DNA of 57,816 nt from the NCBI GenBank assembly GCA_964440495.1, contig CAYTSD010000004.1, positions 1-57,816 of the forward strand. The letters run 5' to 3'. The DNA comes from an uncultured Nitrososphaeria archaeon (lineage in GTDB: Archaea; Thermoproteota; Nitrososphaeria_A; Caldarchaeales; Wolframiiraptoraceae). The stretch's first letter is position 1. Each line of letters starts with the position of its first letter. Positions 27,141-37,558 of the stretch are shown one piece after another. The notes under the pieces are model-generated. The model did no database searches. It was not told the origin of the DNA and worked only from the letters and a program-made list of their open reading frames with translations. The position numbers were made by a program, and so were the translations under genes.

Positions 27141-27731
27141 ATGAACTTTGAGGGGGAGTTAAAGAAGATATCAGAGATAACGAAGAGCTATCTTATGTTA
27201 ACAGATGAAGATATTCAGAGAATTAGAAAAATCAAGAATGTTTTACTGGAAAATTCTGAGGAGATTGTTTCAGGAACTGTTGGGTCTCTTTTATCATGTG
27301 AGCTTGCCTTGGAGTTTGTTAAGAAGGCTAACCTAACCGAGGAGCAGGCTAAGAAGCTGTTTAAGCACTGGTTTCTCACATTCCTTGAAGGCAGCTACGA
27401 CCTAAGACATGCTAAGGAAGTCTTTAGGATAGGGTTGGCTCACGCAAGGTACGGCGTACATAGGAGGCTTATGTGCATGTGTATGGGTGCATGGATTAGA
27501 GAGATTCTGAAAGTTATTGAGGCTGAATCGGGGAGAATAGATGAGCTTGTTCCAACAATTGCGTCCGTCTCGAAGCTCATCTTCTGGAATCTAGTGATAA
27601 TGCTTCATGGATACCATGTTGCGAGGGTTGAGAGTCTTAAGCGGGCGGCGGGAATCTCACCTCAACTTATCGATAGGCTCTTTAGGGTTAAGGCGGATGA
27701 GGTCTATAAGAGTCTGCTGAAGAGGATGTAG
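27141..27731 (+). CDS. protoglobin / globin-coupled-sensor-type globin domain protein (single domain)
   Basis: HWFLTFLEGSYDLRHAKEVFRIGLAHARYGV parallels the protoglobin pattern (W-x-L...SYD...IGL-x-H, proximal His). 196 aa. Confidence 0.55.
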   Translation: MNFEGELKKISEITKSYLMLTDEDIQRIRKIKNVLLENSEEIVSGTVGSLLSCELALEFVKKANLTEEQAKKLFKHWFLTFLEGSYDLRHAKEVFRIGLAHARYGVHRRLMCMCMGAWIREILKVIEAESGRIDELVPTIASVSKLIFWNLVIMLHGYHVARVESLKRAAGISPQLIDRLFRVKADEVYKSLLKRM

Positions 27732-27739
27732 AGCCGTTC

Positions 27740-28540
27740 TTAGGATTCGTTCAGCTTCTCAGCTATCTCCTTAGACCTCCTCGCAGCAGCCTCGACAGCC
27801 TTCATTACAGCTGTTCTTACACCGCTCTCCTCGAGATAGAATATTCCTTCTATTGTTGTGCCTGCCGGGGTTAGAACCATCTCCTTTATCGTTGCTGGGT
27901 GGAGACCTGTCTCGAGGTAGAGCTTGGCTGTCCCGAAGACCGTGTAGGCTGCTGACTGGTAGGCAAACTCTCTTGGGAGACCTACCTTTAGCCCAGCGTA
28001 GGCCATGGCCTCGATTAGGGTTGCGACGTAGGCGGGGCCGCTTCCGCTTAGGGCTGTCACGGCGTCCATAAGCTCTTCATCCACCTCCATGCATTTCCCC
28101 ATCTCTGAGAAAAGCTCCTCGACAAGCCTTGAGTCCTCCTCCGTCAGGCCGGGCGCCTTGGTGTAGGCCGTGAAACCCGCACGAACCATTATAGCCACAT
28201 TAGGCATTGCACGGACTATCTTTGCCCTGGGCGCCGTGTCCATAAGCCTCTTGATGGGTATGGCTGCGGCGACGGAGATTAGGAGCTTTCCATCTAGGAG
28301 GTCTGCAACCTCTCTTAGAACATCGATTGCCTTGTAGGGCTTAACGGCTAGAAAGACGACGTCGGAACTTGAGGCCACTTCCCTGTTGTCTCTCGTAAGC
28401 CTGACACCGTATTGTTCAAGCTCCCTAGCCTTCTCGATATTCCTCCTCGAGCCGATTACACTATACTTCTCGCTCTGCGCTAGAACCTTCGCTATGGCTG
28501 AGCCTATCTGCCCTACTCCGATAACTCCTACCTGAAGCAT
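27740..28540 (-). CDS. proC: pyrroline-5-carboxylate reductase
   Basis: VGVIGVGQIGSAI Rossmann motif. VRAMPN, GSGPAY, and TPAGTTIEG motifs. Confidence 0.85.
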   Translation of the reverse strand: MLQVGVIGVGQIGSAIAKVLAQSEKYSVIGSRRNIEKARELEQYGVRLTRDNREVASSSDVVFLAVKPYKAIDVLREVADLLDGKLLISVAAAIPIKRLMDTAPRAKIVRAMPNVAIMVRAGFTAYTKAPGLTEEDSRLVEELFSEMGKCMEVDEELMDAVTALSGSGPAYVATLIEAMAYAGLKVGLPREFAYQSAAYTVFGTAKLYLETGLHPATIKEMVLTPAGTTIEGIFYLEESGVRTAVMKAVEAAARRSKEIAEKLNES

Positions 28541-28579
28541 TCTAGCTCAATCTAGAGCCGTCAGTAATAAACCCTTATT

Positions 28580-29671
28580 TTACAGGAGGCCGACCTCTCT
28601 AAAGAGCTGGATAGCCTCCTCTAGACTAGGCCTCCTCTTATGTAGTATCGTGTAACGGTTGGGTCTAATCTCAGCGGCCTCAACCAAGGCTCTGGCGGCA
28701 ATCTCTAAAGGTATCCCATTCTCTGCAAGACTTACAGGTATCCCAGCTTCAATCATAAGTCTCCTAATATTCCTCCAACCATATTCAGGTCTCCTCCACC
28801 AGCCCGGATTATGTATCTCATGGTAACGAGCCATGACTAGCGCCCCAATCGCGCACTGAATCCCGTGAGGCGCCCTATGTCTCAGATTCATGTCAAGGTA
28901 GTGGCTGAAGAGATGCTCGCTTCCAGAGGCAGGCCTAGAGGAGCCTGCAACCATCATCGCTACACCCGAGTAGACTAGGGCTTCAACAAGGCTCTCTATA
29001 CGTTCCCGTCTGCTGAGAGGCTTACTCAGCGCCTCAACAACAAGCCTAACAGCTCGCAGAGTACAGCTTTCAGCGGTCTTACAATATGGTTCACCTACCT
29101 CATCTCTACCAAGCTGCCAATCCTTTATCGAGACTATCTTCGCGATTATGTCTCCAAATCCTGAGGCCCTGAGAATCCTAGGCGCATCCATCATTATATC
29201 TAGGTCGATTAGGGCTAGGACTGGAGCACGGGTCTTAATCGAGATTCTTCGGCCTTTATCGAAGAGCGAGGCCGTTGGTGAGGCTATCCCATCATGGGAG
29301 GGCGCCGTAGGTATCGAGATGAATGTCTTACCAGTTTTGTAGGCGGCGTATTTGGCCACATCTATGACCGAGCCCCCGCCAACGCCGATAATTGTCTCGA
29401 AACCCTTAACCTTCTCAGCCTTCTCCTCAGCCTCACTGAAGGTAGGCGCTCTAACGAGGAACCCCTCACCATCGACAAAATCTACGACAAATCTCCCAGC
29501 AACCCTAAAGGTGACTTCATCATAGAAGACGGCGTAAGAGTTTGAGCTTAGAAGACCTAGAGACTCCTTGAGAGGCGCTATCACGGCGGCTTGAAGAGTT
29601 CTGTCATGGTCTAGACCACAGCCACATTCCTCAGCTGAGGGAATTCCATCACCGAATCTTAGAGTCTTCAA
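28580..29671 (-). CDS. egsA: sn-glycerol-1-phosphate dehydrogenase (iron-ADH/DHQS superfamily)
   Basis: GVGGGSVIDVAKY nucleotide motif and metal ligands in SGSEHLFSHYLD. Size of 363 aa is typical for the archaeal lipid-backbone enzyme. Confidence 0.7.
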   Translation of the reverse strand: MKTLRFGDGIPSAEECGCGLDHDRTLQAAVIAPLKESLGLLSSNSYAVFYDEVTFRVAGRFVVDFVDGEGFLVRAPTFSEAEEKAEKVKGFETIIGVGGGSVIDVAKYAAYKTGKTFISIPTAPSHDGIASPTASLFDKGRRISIKTRAPVLALIDLDIMMDAPRILRASGFGDIIAKIVSIKDWQLGRDEVGEPYCKTAESCTLRAVRLVVEALSKPLSRRERIESLVEALVYSGVAMMVAGSSRPASGSEHLFSHYLDMNLRHRAPHGIQCAIGALVMARYHEIHNPGWWRRPEYGWRNIRRLMIEAGIPVSLAENGIPLEIAARALVEAAEIRPNRYTILHKRRPSLEEAIQLFREVGLL

Positions 29672-29706
29672 TCTAGAAGGCCTCCGAGAAGCGAAGGTTA
29701 AAGCCT

Positions 29707-30351
29707 TTACTCCTTCTCAATCTCAAGACTTCCAGTCCTTATGTAGGAAACCGCGTCCGCTATGTAGCATGCGTGATCAGCGATTCTCTCAAGATATCTG
29801 AGGACAAGTGTTCCAGCGATTAGGCATGGAGGGTTATCTTTCTGACCCCTCTCCAACAGTCCCTTGAGATAGTCGTCGTAGAGTGCGTCGACATCGTCAT
29901 CAAGTTCTCTAACCTTCTTGGCGAGGTCCAGGTCTTCGAATATGAATGCTCGGCCAACCTCCCTAACCATGTAGAGGACAATTATGTAGAGCTGCCTAAG
30001 CTTCGAGAAGTCGCATCCCATCACTGGAACAAGAATGCTTGTCTCACATATATCAAGCGAGTATCTCCCAATCCTAGAGAGATCGTAGGAGACTTGGAGA
30101 CAGGATCTAATTCTCCTGAGGTCTGTTGCAACCGGCTGGAATCTTGCTATGAGTTCTATCGCCAGCTGCCCAGACTCCTCCCTCATGAATCTAAGTTGCT
30201 CTGAGAGCATCCGCACATCTTCGAGGGCGACCTTCCCCGTGAAGACGCTTTCCATAGCTCTTCTAAATGCCTCTACCGCCGCGGCGGCCATGTCTCCTAT
30301 TATTCCCTTAAGTCTCTCAACCCCTGTATCTAACGGTCTGCGGACACTCAA
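29707..30351 (-). CDS. phoU: phosphate signalling complex protein PhoU
   Basis: Two PhoU repeats (ERIADHACYIAD). Last gene of the pst operon. Confidence 0.8.
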   Translation of the reverse strand: MSVRRPLDTGVERLKGIIGDMAAAAVEAFRRAMESVFTGKVALEDVRMLSEQLRFMREESGQLAIELIARFQPVATDLRRIRSCLQVSYDLSRIGRYSLDICETSILVPVMGCDFSKLRQLYIIVLYMVREVGRAFIFEDLDLAKKVRELDDDVDALYDDYLKGLLERGQKDNPPCLIAGTLVLRYLERIADHACYIADAVSYIRTGSLEIEKE

Positions 30352-30358
30352 TCAAGGT

Positions 30359-31120
30359 TCACCCCATCTTACCTACCACATATTTCTCGGTTAACTCATG
30401 TTTAGGTGTTGTGAATACATTGGATGTCTCACCAACCTCTATCACCTCACCCATGTAGAGGAATGCTACATAGTCGCTTACCCTGGCGGCCTGCTGAGGA
30501 TTATGGGTCACTATAACCACCGTGTAGTCCTCCTTGAGCTCGAGCATAAGCTCCTCGATCTTTGAAGCGGCCACGGGATCTAGGTTGGCTGTGGGTTCAT
30601 CCATTAGGATTATTTTAGGCTTCAGGGCGAGGGTCCTCGCTATGCAGAGTCTCTGTTGCTGGCCTCCGCTGAGGCGGGCTGCAGGCTTCTTTAACTCGTC
30701 TTTAACCTCGTCCCAGAGATAGGCCTTCCTCAAAGCCCATTCAACAAGCTCGTCAAGCTCCTTCTTGCTCCTTACTATTCCGTTGAGCTTCGGGCCTAGA
30801 GCGACGTTCTCATAGATTGAGAGGTGGGGAAATGGGTTCGGAACCTGGAAGACCATCCCAGCAAGCCTTCTAGCATCCATCGGGTCAACCTCATCGCTGT
30901 AAATGTTCACCCCATTTATCCAGACCTCTCCCTCAACCTTGGCCAACGGATTCAGTTCGAGGAGACGGTTCATTGCGCGGAGGAGGGTGCTCTTCCCACA
31001 TCCACTCGGCCCCATTATCGCGAACACCATGTTCCTCGGGATTCTGAGGCTCACATTCTTCAGAACATGCTTCAGCCCATACCAGACATTGAGGTTTCTT
31101 ACGTCAACAGCCCACCTCAT
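30359..31120 (-). CDS. pstB: phosphate ABC transporter ATP-binding protein
   Basis: Walker [10 protein letters not shown], signature LSGGQQQR, Walker B ILMDEP. Confidence 0.9.
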   Translation of the reverse strand: MRWAVDVRNLNVWYGLKHVLKNVSLRIPRNMVFAIMGPSGCGKSTLLRAMNRLLELNPLAKVEGEVWINGVNIYSDEVDPMDARRLAGMVFQVPNPFPHLSIYENVALGPKLNGIVRSKKELDELVEWALRKAYLWDEVKDELKKPAARLSGGQQQRLCIARTLALKPKIILMDEPTANLDPVAASKIEELMLELKEDYTVVIVTHNPQQAARVSDYVAFLYMGEVIEVGETSNVFTTPKHELTEKYVVGKMG

Positions 31121-31950
31121 AGCTTCACCTCCTTAACCAGACTTCTCGTCACTATGAAGAGCGCGAGGATTATTGTCAGTAGCACTGCTGCAGCCCCCCA
31201 TGCGACCTCATGCCATCTCTCATAGGGACTTAAGGCGAAGTTGTATATTAGGAGTGGCACCGCCCCTATAGGCTTGTCAAGTCCCTCAAAGTAGGAGAGA
31301 GTTGTCCCAAGTATTGTGAAGAGAAGTGGAGCGGTCTCACCTGCAGCCCTCGCCAAACCAACGAGTAAAGCTGTTGCAACACCTCTCCTCGCAACGCTTA
31401 GGAGGATTCTAAGATTAACTACGAAGGGTGAAACCCCTAGACTGTAGGCGGCTTCCTTCAAGCTGTAGGGTATGGATGCATAGGCTTCGCGGACTTGGAG
31501 AGCCACGTAGGGTATTATCACTATAGCTAGGGCGAATGCTCCAGCGAAGGCGTTGAAGCTTCTAAGAGGCAGGACGAGGACCGCGTAGGCGAAGAGACCT
31601 ATTATCACCGTTGGAAACTCAACCATTATCTGGAGAGAAAGCCTAGTGTAATGAGATAGGATGTGGTGACCATACTCCGACAAGAATATCCCAGTAAACA
31701 ACCCTAAACCTCCACCAATAAGAATAGATAAAGCCATAAGAATAAGGGTGCCTACAAGAGCTGGACCTATCCCACCATCGCTTCCCCCCAGAGGTGGAGG
31801 AGGAAAATCTACAAGAAACCGAGGTGAGATTATCCTTGCACCATTAACATATATTGATGCAATAATAGCGAAGAGAGGGGCTGCTGAAACTATTGCCAAG
31901 AGACCTATCAACCCAATCATTATCTTATTCTTGACTTTCCTCGCAATCAT
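31117..31950 (-). CDS. pstA: phosphate ABC transporter permease PstA
   Basis: Polytopic permease with an EAA-like loop ([11 protein letters not shown]). 4-nt overlaps on both sides. Confidence 0.85.
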   Translation of the reverse strand: MIARKVKNKIMIGLIGLLAIVSAAPLFAIIASIYVNGARIISPRFLVDFPPPPLGGSDGGIGPALVGTLILMALSILIGGGLGLFTGIFLSEYGHHILSHYTRLSLQIMVEFPTVIIGLFAYAVLVLPLRSFNAFAGAFALAIVIIPYVALQVREAYASIPYSLKEAAYSLGVSPFVVNLRILLSVARRGVATALLVGLARAAGETAPLLFTILGTTLSYFEGLDKPIGAVPLLIYNFALSPYERWHEVAWGAAAVLLTIILALFIVTRSLVKEVKL

Positions 31951-32855
31951 CTTTGAGTCACCACCTTCCTTACGAGTCTTAGCCCCAGTATGTTTATTGC
32001 AAGCCCTATTAGGAAGAGTAGGAATGCTCCTCCAAACAGTGCGGCTACCATGTAGTCATAGGACTCAGCATTTGGGAACTGGTTTGCTATGAGGCTTGAG
32101 ACGGTGTATCCCATGTCGAACAAGCTTTTCGGGAGAGTTGGAGTATTCCCCACGACCATCGCTACGGCAATAGTCTCACCCATGGCTCTGCCGAGCGCTA
32201 AAATCACTCCAGCGAATATTGCTGACTTAATGTATCCTGTCATGACTTTTATCACCTCCCATTGAGTCATCCCGATGCTGTAGGCGGCTTCCTTCAAGCC
32301 CTGCGGAACAGCTTCATATGCCTCCCTAATCACGCTTGAAGAGAACGGTATCACCATTATTGCGAGGAGTGTTCCAGCCGTGAACAGGTTTGTTGGAGAA
32401 GGCTTTGTAGAGAAGAGTGGAATGAATCCGAGATACTCGTGGAGGGGAAGCATAACGTATTGATGGAGCAGTGGGGCGAATACGTAGAGACCCCAGAGTC
32501 CATAGATTACTGTTGGAAGGCTTGCCATTAGGTCTGATAAGCTGTTAATCACGTCCCTAAGCTTCGTTGGGACAAGCTCTATGGAGAAGACTGCTAAGGA
32601 GATTGCGAGGGGAGTAGCTATACCAACCGCGAGACCGGAGGTTATCAGGGTTCCGACGATTGCGTGGAGAATTCCATAATCTTCCTTCGGAGGATTCCAA
32701 ACGGCGGTTACAATAAATCTTAACCCCTCCTTCAAGAATATCGGGAAAGATGTGTAGATTAGGGAGAAAATTATTCCAGCCACTATTATGAATGAGATTA
32801 TAGGGAAGACGAGCAGGAACATGAAGAACTTTCTCTCGCTTCTCATAGGTCTCAT
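31947..32855 (-). CDS. pstC: phosphate ABC transporter permease PstC
   Basis: Polytopic permease with an EAA-like loop (KEAAYSIGMTQWE). 4-nt overlaps on both sides. Confidence 0.85.
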   Translation of the reverse strand: MRPMRSERKFFMFLLVFPIISFIIVAGIIFSLIYTSFPIFLKEGLRFIVTAVWNPPKEDYGILHAIVGTLITSGLAVGIATPLAISLAVFSIELVPTKLRDVINSLSDLMASLPTVIYGLWGLYVFAPLLHQYVMLPLHEYLGFIPLFSTKPSPTNLFTAGTLLAIMVIPFSSSVIREAYEAVPQGLKEAAYSIGMTQWEVIKVMTGYIKSAIFAGVILALGRAMGETIAVAMVVGNTPTLPKSLFDMGYTVSSLIANQFPNAESYDYMVAALFGGAFLLFLIGLAINILGLRLVRKVVTQR

Positions 32856-33976
32856 ACCTCCTTTATCATCTCTAACGCTTTGAGACCTATTTGAGCTGCC
32901 TCTGGTGGAAGTGGAACGTATCCTTCAAGCACGTTCTCTGGTTTCTCACCCTCTGTTAAAACCCATCCAAAAAACTCTTTAACAAGCTCGGCTTTCACAG
33001 GGTCGTAGGTCTTTCTCAGGATTATGAATGAGAAGGAGGTTATCGGGTAACTATTCTCTCCAGGCTGGTTGACTACTTTATCGATTATGCCGCTCCAGTC
33101 TTCATCTGGGTTTGGAAGAGTTAAGGAGGCCTCCTTTATAGCTGCCTTCAAGGTCTCAGAGGTAGGAAGAACGAAGAATCCATCCCGATTCATTAGTTTA
33201 GCTGCTTTAAGGTTGGCCGACTTAACGTATGCCAGCTCCACGTAGCCTATTGAATACTTGTTCTGGCTCACGGCTGCGGCCACGCCCTCATTACCCTTTC
33301 CGCCTAATCCATTGCCGACGCTGTCGACAGGCCATTGGACTGTGAAGTCTGCTCCAACCTCCTCAGCCCACTCGCTTGAAACCGAGGATAGATAGGCTGT
33401 GAAAATCTTAGTTGTGCCGCTTCCATCGCTTCTATGAACAGCGATTATCTTTTCATGTGGGAGATTGAGGTCAGGGTTTAGTTTCCTTATCTCCTCATCA
33501 TCCCAGAAAAGTATCTCAGCTAAGTATATCTTCGCTATCACTTCGCCTGTCAGCTTAAGCTCCATATCCCCTATCTCGGGAATGTTGTATACTACCGCTA
33601 CTCCTCCAACAATTATTGGGAATTGGAGGACGCCATCCCTGGATGACAGCTCAACATAGATTTTATGTTTCAGTGGTGGGTCGCTGCCGACGAAGTCAAG
33701 CATTCCTTCCCTGAACTTCGCCTGACCCGCCCCGCTTCCAAGAGACTGGTAATTCACCCTAACCCTACCCTCACTTAACTCGTAGTACTGTATGGCCCAA
33801 GCCTGCATCTGCGGGTTCAGAAAGGATGAGCCGGCTCCTATCAAGCTCCCTGAAACAAGCCCGTAGCCCTCTCCCTGGGATGGAGCTTCAAGCGAGAACA
33901 GGATTCCGGTAACAGCTATGAAGGAGACTATGATGAGGAAAACTGCGAGAGGTTTCGAGAGGGCTGCCGCAGCCAT
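32852..33976 (-). CDS. pstS: phosphate ABC transporter substrate-binding protein PstS
   Basis: N-terminal membrane anchor, GAGSSF, GSGAG, and RSDGSGTT motifs of PBP-type phosphate binders. Confidence 0.8.
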   Translation of the reverse strand: MAAAALSKPLAVFLIIVSFIAVTGILFSLEAPSQGEGYGLVSGSLIGAGSSFLNPQMQAWAIQYYELSEGRVRVNYQSLGSGAGQAKFREGMLDFVGSDPPLKHKIYVELSSRDGVLQFPIIVGGVAVVYNIPEIGDMELKLTGEVIAKIYLAEILFWDDEEIRKLNPDLNLPHEKIIAVHRSDGSGTTKIFTAYLSSVSSEWAEEVGADFTVQWPVDSVGNGLGGKGNEGVAAAVSQNKYSIGYVELAYVKSANLKAAKLMNRDGFFVLPTSETLKAAIKEASLTLPNPDEDWSGIIDKVVNQPGENSYPITSFSFIILRKTYDPVKAELVKEFFGWVLTEGEKPENVLEGYVPLPPEAAQIGLKALEMIKEV

Positions 33977-34101
33977 CGGCTGAGGGGTATCGAATGAAAA
34001 ATATATGCTTTGAGGATTTTCGTCTATTGATATACACTTTCTCTATATAGGGAAATGATGTTAGGAATACTTAACAATAGGCTCATGTCCGAAAAATGTA
34101 G

Positions 34102-35145
34102 ATGAGTGGAGAAGGATATAGGAGGAGGATTCAGCTTACTGGAAGTTCAACTCTCGTCGTCTCGCTTCCAAAGGATTGGGTGAGGCTGGCTGGACTTCAT
34201 AAGGGTAGCTACATTAGACTCATACCACGTCAGGGCTTGTCACTGCTTCTAGTTCCGGAAAGAGAGGGGGAGAGAAAGCTTAAGGAGATAAGCCTGACAG
34301 CAGGTGAGAAAGCAGGGTCTGAGGAGATTGTTAGGAAGCTTATCTCAATGTATCAGGCGGGCTTCGATGTAATTAAGGTGGGCTTCAAGTCTCCTAGACC
34401 CGAGATGAAGGCCGTCATAAAAGACACTGTAAGAAGGAGGCTTATGGGGATGGAGATTCTAAGCGAGTCGGCTTCAGAGATACTTATACAATGCTTCACC
34501 CGCCACATGGAGTTTCCTCTACAGGATGCGCTCAGGAGAGCTGAAGAGATAGCGTCATCGATGCTTGAAGACGCTGTGGAAGCACTCCTAGGCAGAGATC
34601 ATCAACTCGCCGCAGAAGTCTTCCAGAGAGATGATGAAGTAGATAGACTCTTCCACTACATGATAAGACAGCTGAACGTGGCTTTAGAGAGGCCTGAGGC
34701 TTTAGAGGACCTTGGACTAATAAACCCGATGGAGTTTCTCAGCTATGCTTCGATAGCTAAAGCCGTTGAGAGGGTTGGAGACCATGCGGCGAGCATAGCC
34801 ATCATAGCAGAGGAAATAGATGGAAAACTCGTAGACAACTTGGCCGCAGAGATAGCTACCATGAATAGGGAGGCGGTTAAAGCCTTTAAGAGTGCTCTCA
34901 ACTCCGTTGAGAAAAGAGACGGAGAACTTGCAAACAATATAGTTGATGGAGTCGGGGAGATAAGGAGAAAGCAGTATGAGAGAGCTGTTGAGAAGGTTAT
35001 GAAGTGGAAGACGAGTCCTAGAAATGCCTCACTCATAAAAACAGTCCTAGAAGACCTAATGCGTGTAGCGGAATACAGCGCCGATATAGCCGAACAAGCA
35101 ATCCTCCTCTCAATAATTGTGGCGGAAAGCCCTCTAAAGAAATAA
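34102..35145 (+). CDS. phosphate uptake regulator (N-terminal AbrB/SpoVT DNA-binding domain fused to PhoU repeats)
   Basis: RRRIQLTGSSTLVVSLPKDWV (AbrB-like) followed by two PhoU repeats (ERVGDHAASIA, AEYSADIAE). Divergent from pstS. Confidence 0.7.
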   Translation: MSGEGYRRRIQLTGSSTLVVSLPKDWVRLAGLHKGSYIRLIPRQGLSLLLVPEREGERKLKEISLTAGEKAGSEEIVRKLISMYQAGFDVIKVGFKSPRPEMKAVIKDTVRRRLMGMEILSESASEILIQCFTRHMEFPLQDALRRAEEIASSMLEDAVEALLGRDHQLAAEVFQRDDEVDRLFHYMIRQLNVALERPEALEDLGLINPMEFLSYASIAKAVERVGDHAASIAIIAEEIDGKLVDNLAAEIATMNREAVKAFKSALNSVEKRDGELANNIVDGVGEIRRKQYERAVEKVMKWKTSPRNASLIKTVLEDLMRVAEYSADIAEQAILLSIIVAESPLKK

Positions 35146-35182
35146 ATATACTTATAGCATGCTCTAGACAAGTGTTAGGGGC

Positions 35183-35977
35183 ATGCCCAAACGTATCGTG
35201 ATAAAAGGAGGGCCTAGAGAAGAGAAGGAGAAGCAGCCTGAACCTGAGATAGAGCCTGTTGAAGAGGAGAAGGAGCTGCCCGAGGTAACCGAGATTCCGG
35301 AGTCGCAGGCTGTAAGCGAGCAGGATAGAGAGATTGAGGAGGCGACAATTAACGTTGAGGCCGCCTATGAAACCGTGATGGAGAAGATTGAGGAAGTTAG
35401 GATAAGGGAGAAGGTGACGCAGCAGAGGTTTATGGAGCAGGAGGAAATGACTCTCTCAATCTTGAAGAAGCTTCTCCAGAAATGGGACATGTTTAGAGAT
35501 GAGGCGCTGAAAAGCATCAATGACGCAATAGAGGGATACAACAGGCTTAAAGCTCTACTCGAATCAAAGTTTTCAACCATAGAGGAAGAACTATACTTCA
35601 ACCAGATAGAGCTTGACACTCTCAGACAACTTGAAGAGCAAGGTAAACCCATATCGGTTTCGAAGAAGGAGGAGCTTGAGAAAAAGGTTCCAGAGCTTAG
35701 GAAAAGCATGGCTGAACTGAATAAGAAGATGGAGGAAATCGATGGTAAGATAGCTGAGCTGAGACATATGGCTGACAACATCTATGAGGTTACATCCTAC
35801 AGAGAGCTCGCCGATAAGCTTCTGAGAGAGATGGTGGATATGTATTATGATAGGCTTGGAGAAGACGCTGAAGTGAAGCTTAGAACGCAGATAGATACCA
35901 TTGCCCAGAGAGAGGGAATCCCAAGGGAATATGCTACAATCTATGTATGGAAGAGGCTTAGGAAGGCTGCTGGATAG
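35183..35977 (+). CDS. acidic coiled-coil protein, unknown function
   Basis: Glu/Pro-rich N-terminus, long heptad region. No family recognised. Confidence 0.4.
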   Translation: MPKRIVIKGGPREEKEKQPEPEIEPVEEEKELPEVTEIPESQAVSEQDREIEEATINVEAAYETVMEKIEEVRIREKVTQQRFMEQEEMTLSILKKLLQKWDMFRDEALKSINDAIEGYNRLKALLESKFSTIEEELYFNQIELDTLRQLEEQGKPISVSKKEELEKKVPELRKSMAELNKKMEEIDGKIAELRHMADNIYEVTSYRELADKLLREMVDMYYDRLGEDAEVKLRTQIDTIAQREGIPREYATIYVWKRLRKAAG

Positions 35978-35999
35978 ACTTAGATAAGGCTGCCGCTAA

Positions 36000-36395
36000 C
36001 TAAGTCAGCATAGGCCTAAACTTGTATCCATACTCTATTATGCCTGAGGATTCATCTTCGCGAATCTTTCTGAAGACTAATTCAACCTTCATCTCGGGTC
36101 TCAGCTCATCTTCCTGGACATCCACTATCTGCGAGAGTATCCTCGTCCCGTCAACCAGCTCTATCAACCCTATTATATAGGGAGTCTGGCTTCCGAATTC
36201 CTTCGGCGGGGTCTTGAGTATGGTATAGGCTAGGAGTTTTCCTTCCTTAGGAAGCTCAACCTCGGCGAATTCTCTGGCTCCACACTTTCTACAGACTATC
36301 GGCCTCTCATGATGGAATGTTCCACAGTGGGTGCATCGCCATCCAGCGAGTCTATAGTTGAAGGGCTTGTTGCGCCAATACCTAGGCACCTTCAC
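36000..36395 (-). CDS. DUF35 OB-fold/zinc-ribbon protein (scaffold of the archaeal thiolase/HMG-CoA synthase complex)
   Basis: Zinc ribbon CTHCG...CRKCG followed by an OB-fold segment. 4-nt overlap with the thiolase gene. Confidence 0.75.
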   Translation of the reverse strand: MKVPRYWRNKPFNYRLAGWRCTHCGTFHHERPIVCRKCGAREFAEVELPKEGKLLAYTILKTPPKEFGSQTPYIIGLIELVDGTRILSQIVDVQEDELRPEMKVELVFRKIREDESSGIIEYGYKFRPMLT

Positions 36396-37552
36396 TCCAC
36401 ATCACCTCTCTTTAGAACGGTTGTTATCGCGGTTGCTCCCAGCCCTCCTATGGACTGGGCCATCCCAACCTTTGCTCCATCAACCTGATTCCCTCCAGCC
36501 CTCTCCGTGAGCTGTAGATATGTCTCCGCAATCTGATAGATTCCAGTCGCCCCTATTGGATGCCCTCTCGCTTTAAGCCCCCCAAAGGTGTTGCAGGGAA
36601 GGCTTCCACCCAGATTGAACTCCCCAGCTCTAGCTAGTTTTCCAGCCTTCCCTCGTTCCGCGAAGCCGGTGGACTCGAGCGAGACCGCCGCCATTATCGA
36701 GGTAGAATCATGAAGTTCAAGTAGGTCTATTTCCCTTCTCTCGATGGAGGCCATTCTCAGAGCCTCTCTCGAAGCCCTTGCGAGAGCTGGGAAATAAAGG
36801 GGGTCTTCACGTTCAAAGGGTGTTAGATAATCGGTTGCCGCGGCTATGTATAGCTCCGTCTTCTCCGTGTTAAGTTTCTCCGCAAGCCTCTCACCCACCA
36901 ATACGATTGCGGCAGCCCCATCCCCTATCCCGCTTATCTCGAACCTTCTCAAAGGCTTTGCAACATAGGGTGATGCGAGAACCTTCTCTAAGCTTATCTT
37001 GAATGGATATTGGGCATGTTTCACCCCTGCTGCATGCTCGTGACTTATTGCTGGAAAGATTGCGACGTCCTCCTCCGATAGATTGTAGCGTTGGAGGTAG
37101 AGTTGATAGAGGAGCGCGTTCAGCGCGGTGAAGGAGGCGCCAATGTATCCCACATATTCCTGCCTTTGACCCATTAGTAGAATAGAGGTCACCTCTTCTG
37201 CGAGGCCGTCGGAGAGCTTCTCTCCGCCGACAACAAGCACGGCGTCAGCCTTTCCAGAAAGTATCTCAGAGGAGGCTGCATAGACTGCGGCGGCTCCCGA
37301 TGCCTCGGCTGCCTCTACTCTAAATGCTGGTATACCTGAGAGGTTTAGGTCTTCGGCTAGTAGGGCGCCTAGATGAGCCTGCTCCTGTAAAGCTTCAGCC
37401 GCCATGTTAGCAACATAGATGGAGTTCACACCGCTTATCCCAGCATCCTCCAAAGCCTTCGCAGCCGCCTCGGCCATAAGCTGCTCCAAGCTCTTCTCCC
37501 AGTGCTCGGCAATCTTCGTGAAACCAGCTCCAGCGACATAGACTTTACCCAA
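36392..37552 (-). CDS. acetyl-CoA acetyltransferase (archaeal thiolase)
   Basis: Thiolase-fold protein of 386 aa with the C-terminal GHPIGATG motif. Conserved trio with HMGCS and DUF35. Confidence 0.85.
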   Translation of the reverse strand: MGKVYVAGAGFTKIAEHWEKSLEQLMAEAAAKALEDAGISGVNSIYVANMAAEALQEQAHLGALLAEDLNLSGIPAFRVEAAEASGAAAVYAASSEILSGKADAVLVVGGEKLSDGLAEEVTSILLMGQRQEYVGYIGASFTALNALLYQLYLQRYNLSEEDVAIFPAISHEHAAGVKHAQYPFKISLEKVLASPYVAKPLRRFEISGIGDGAAAIVLVGERLAEKLNTEKTELYIAAATDYLTPFEREDPLYFPALARASREALRMASIERREIDLLELHDSTSIMAAVSLESTGFAERGKAGKLARAGEFNLGGSLPCNTFGGLKARGHPIGATGIYQIAETYLQLTERAGGNQVDGAKVGMAQSIGGLGATAITTVLKRGDVE

Positions 37553-37558
37553 CCAGCT

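Noticed and set aside
35183-35977. Possibility that the acidic coiled-coil protein is CdvA, the missing partner of cdvB/cdvC.
   Set aside because: There is no PRC-barrel-like N-terminal domain; the N-terminus is an acidic, Pro/Glu-rich, probably disordered segment. It lies 3 kb from cdvC with unrelated genes in between. I cannot support this from sequence alone.
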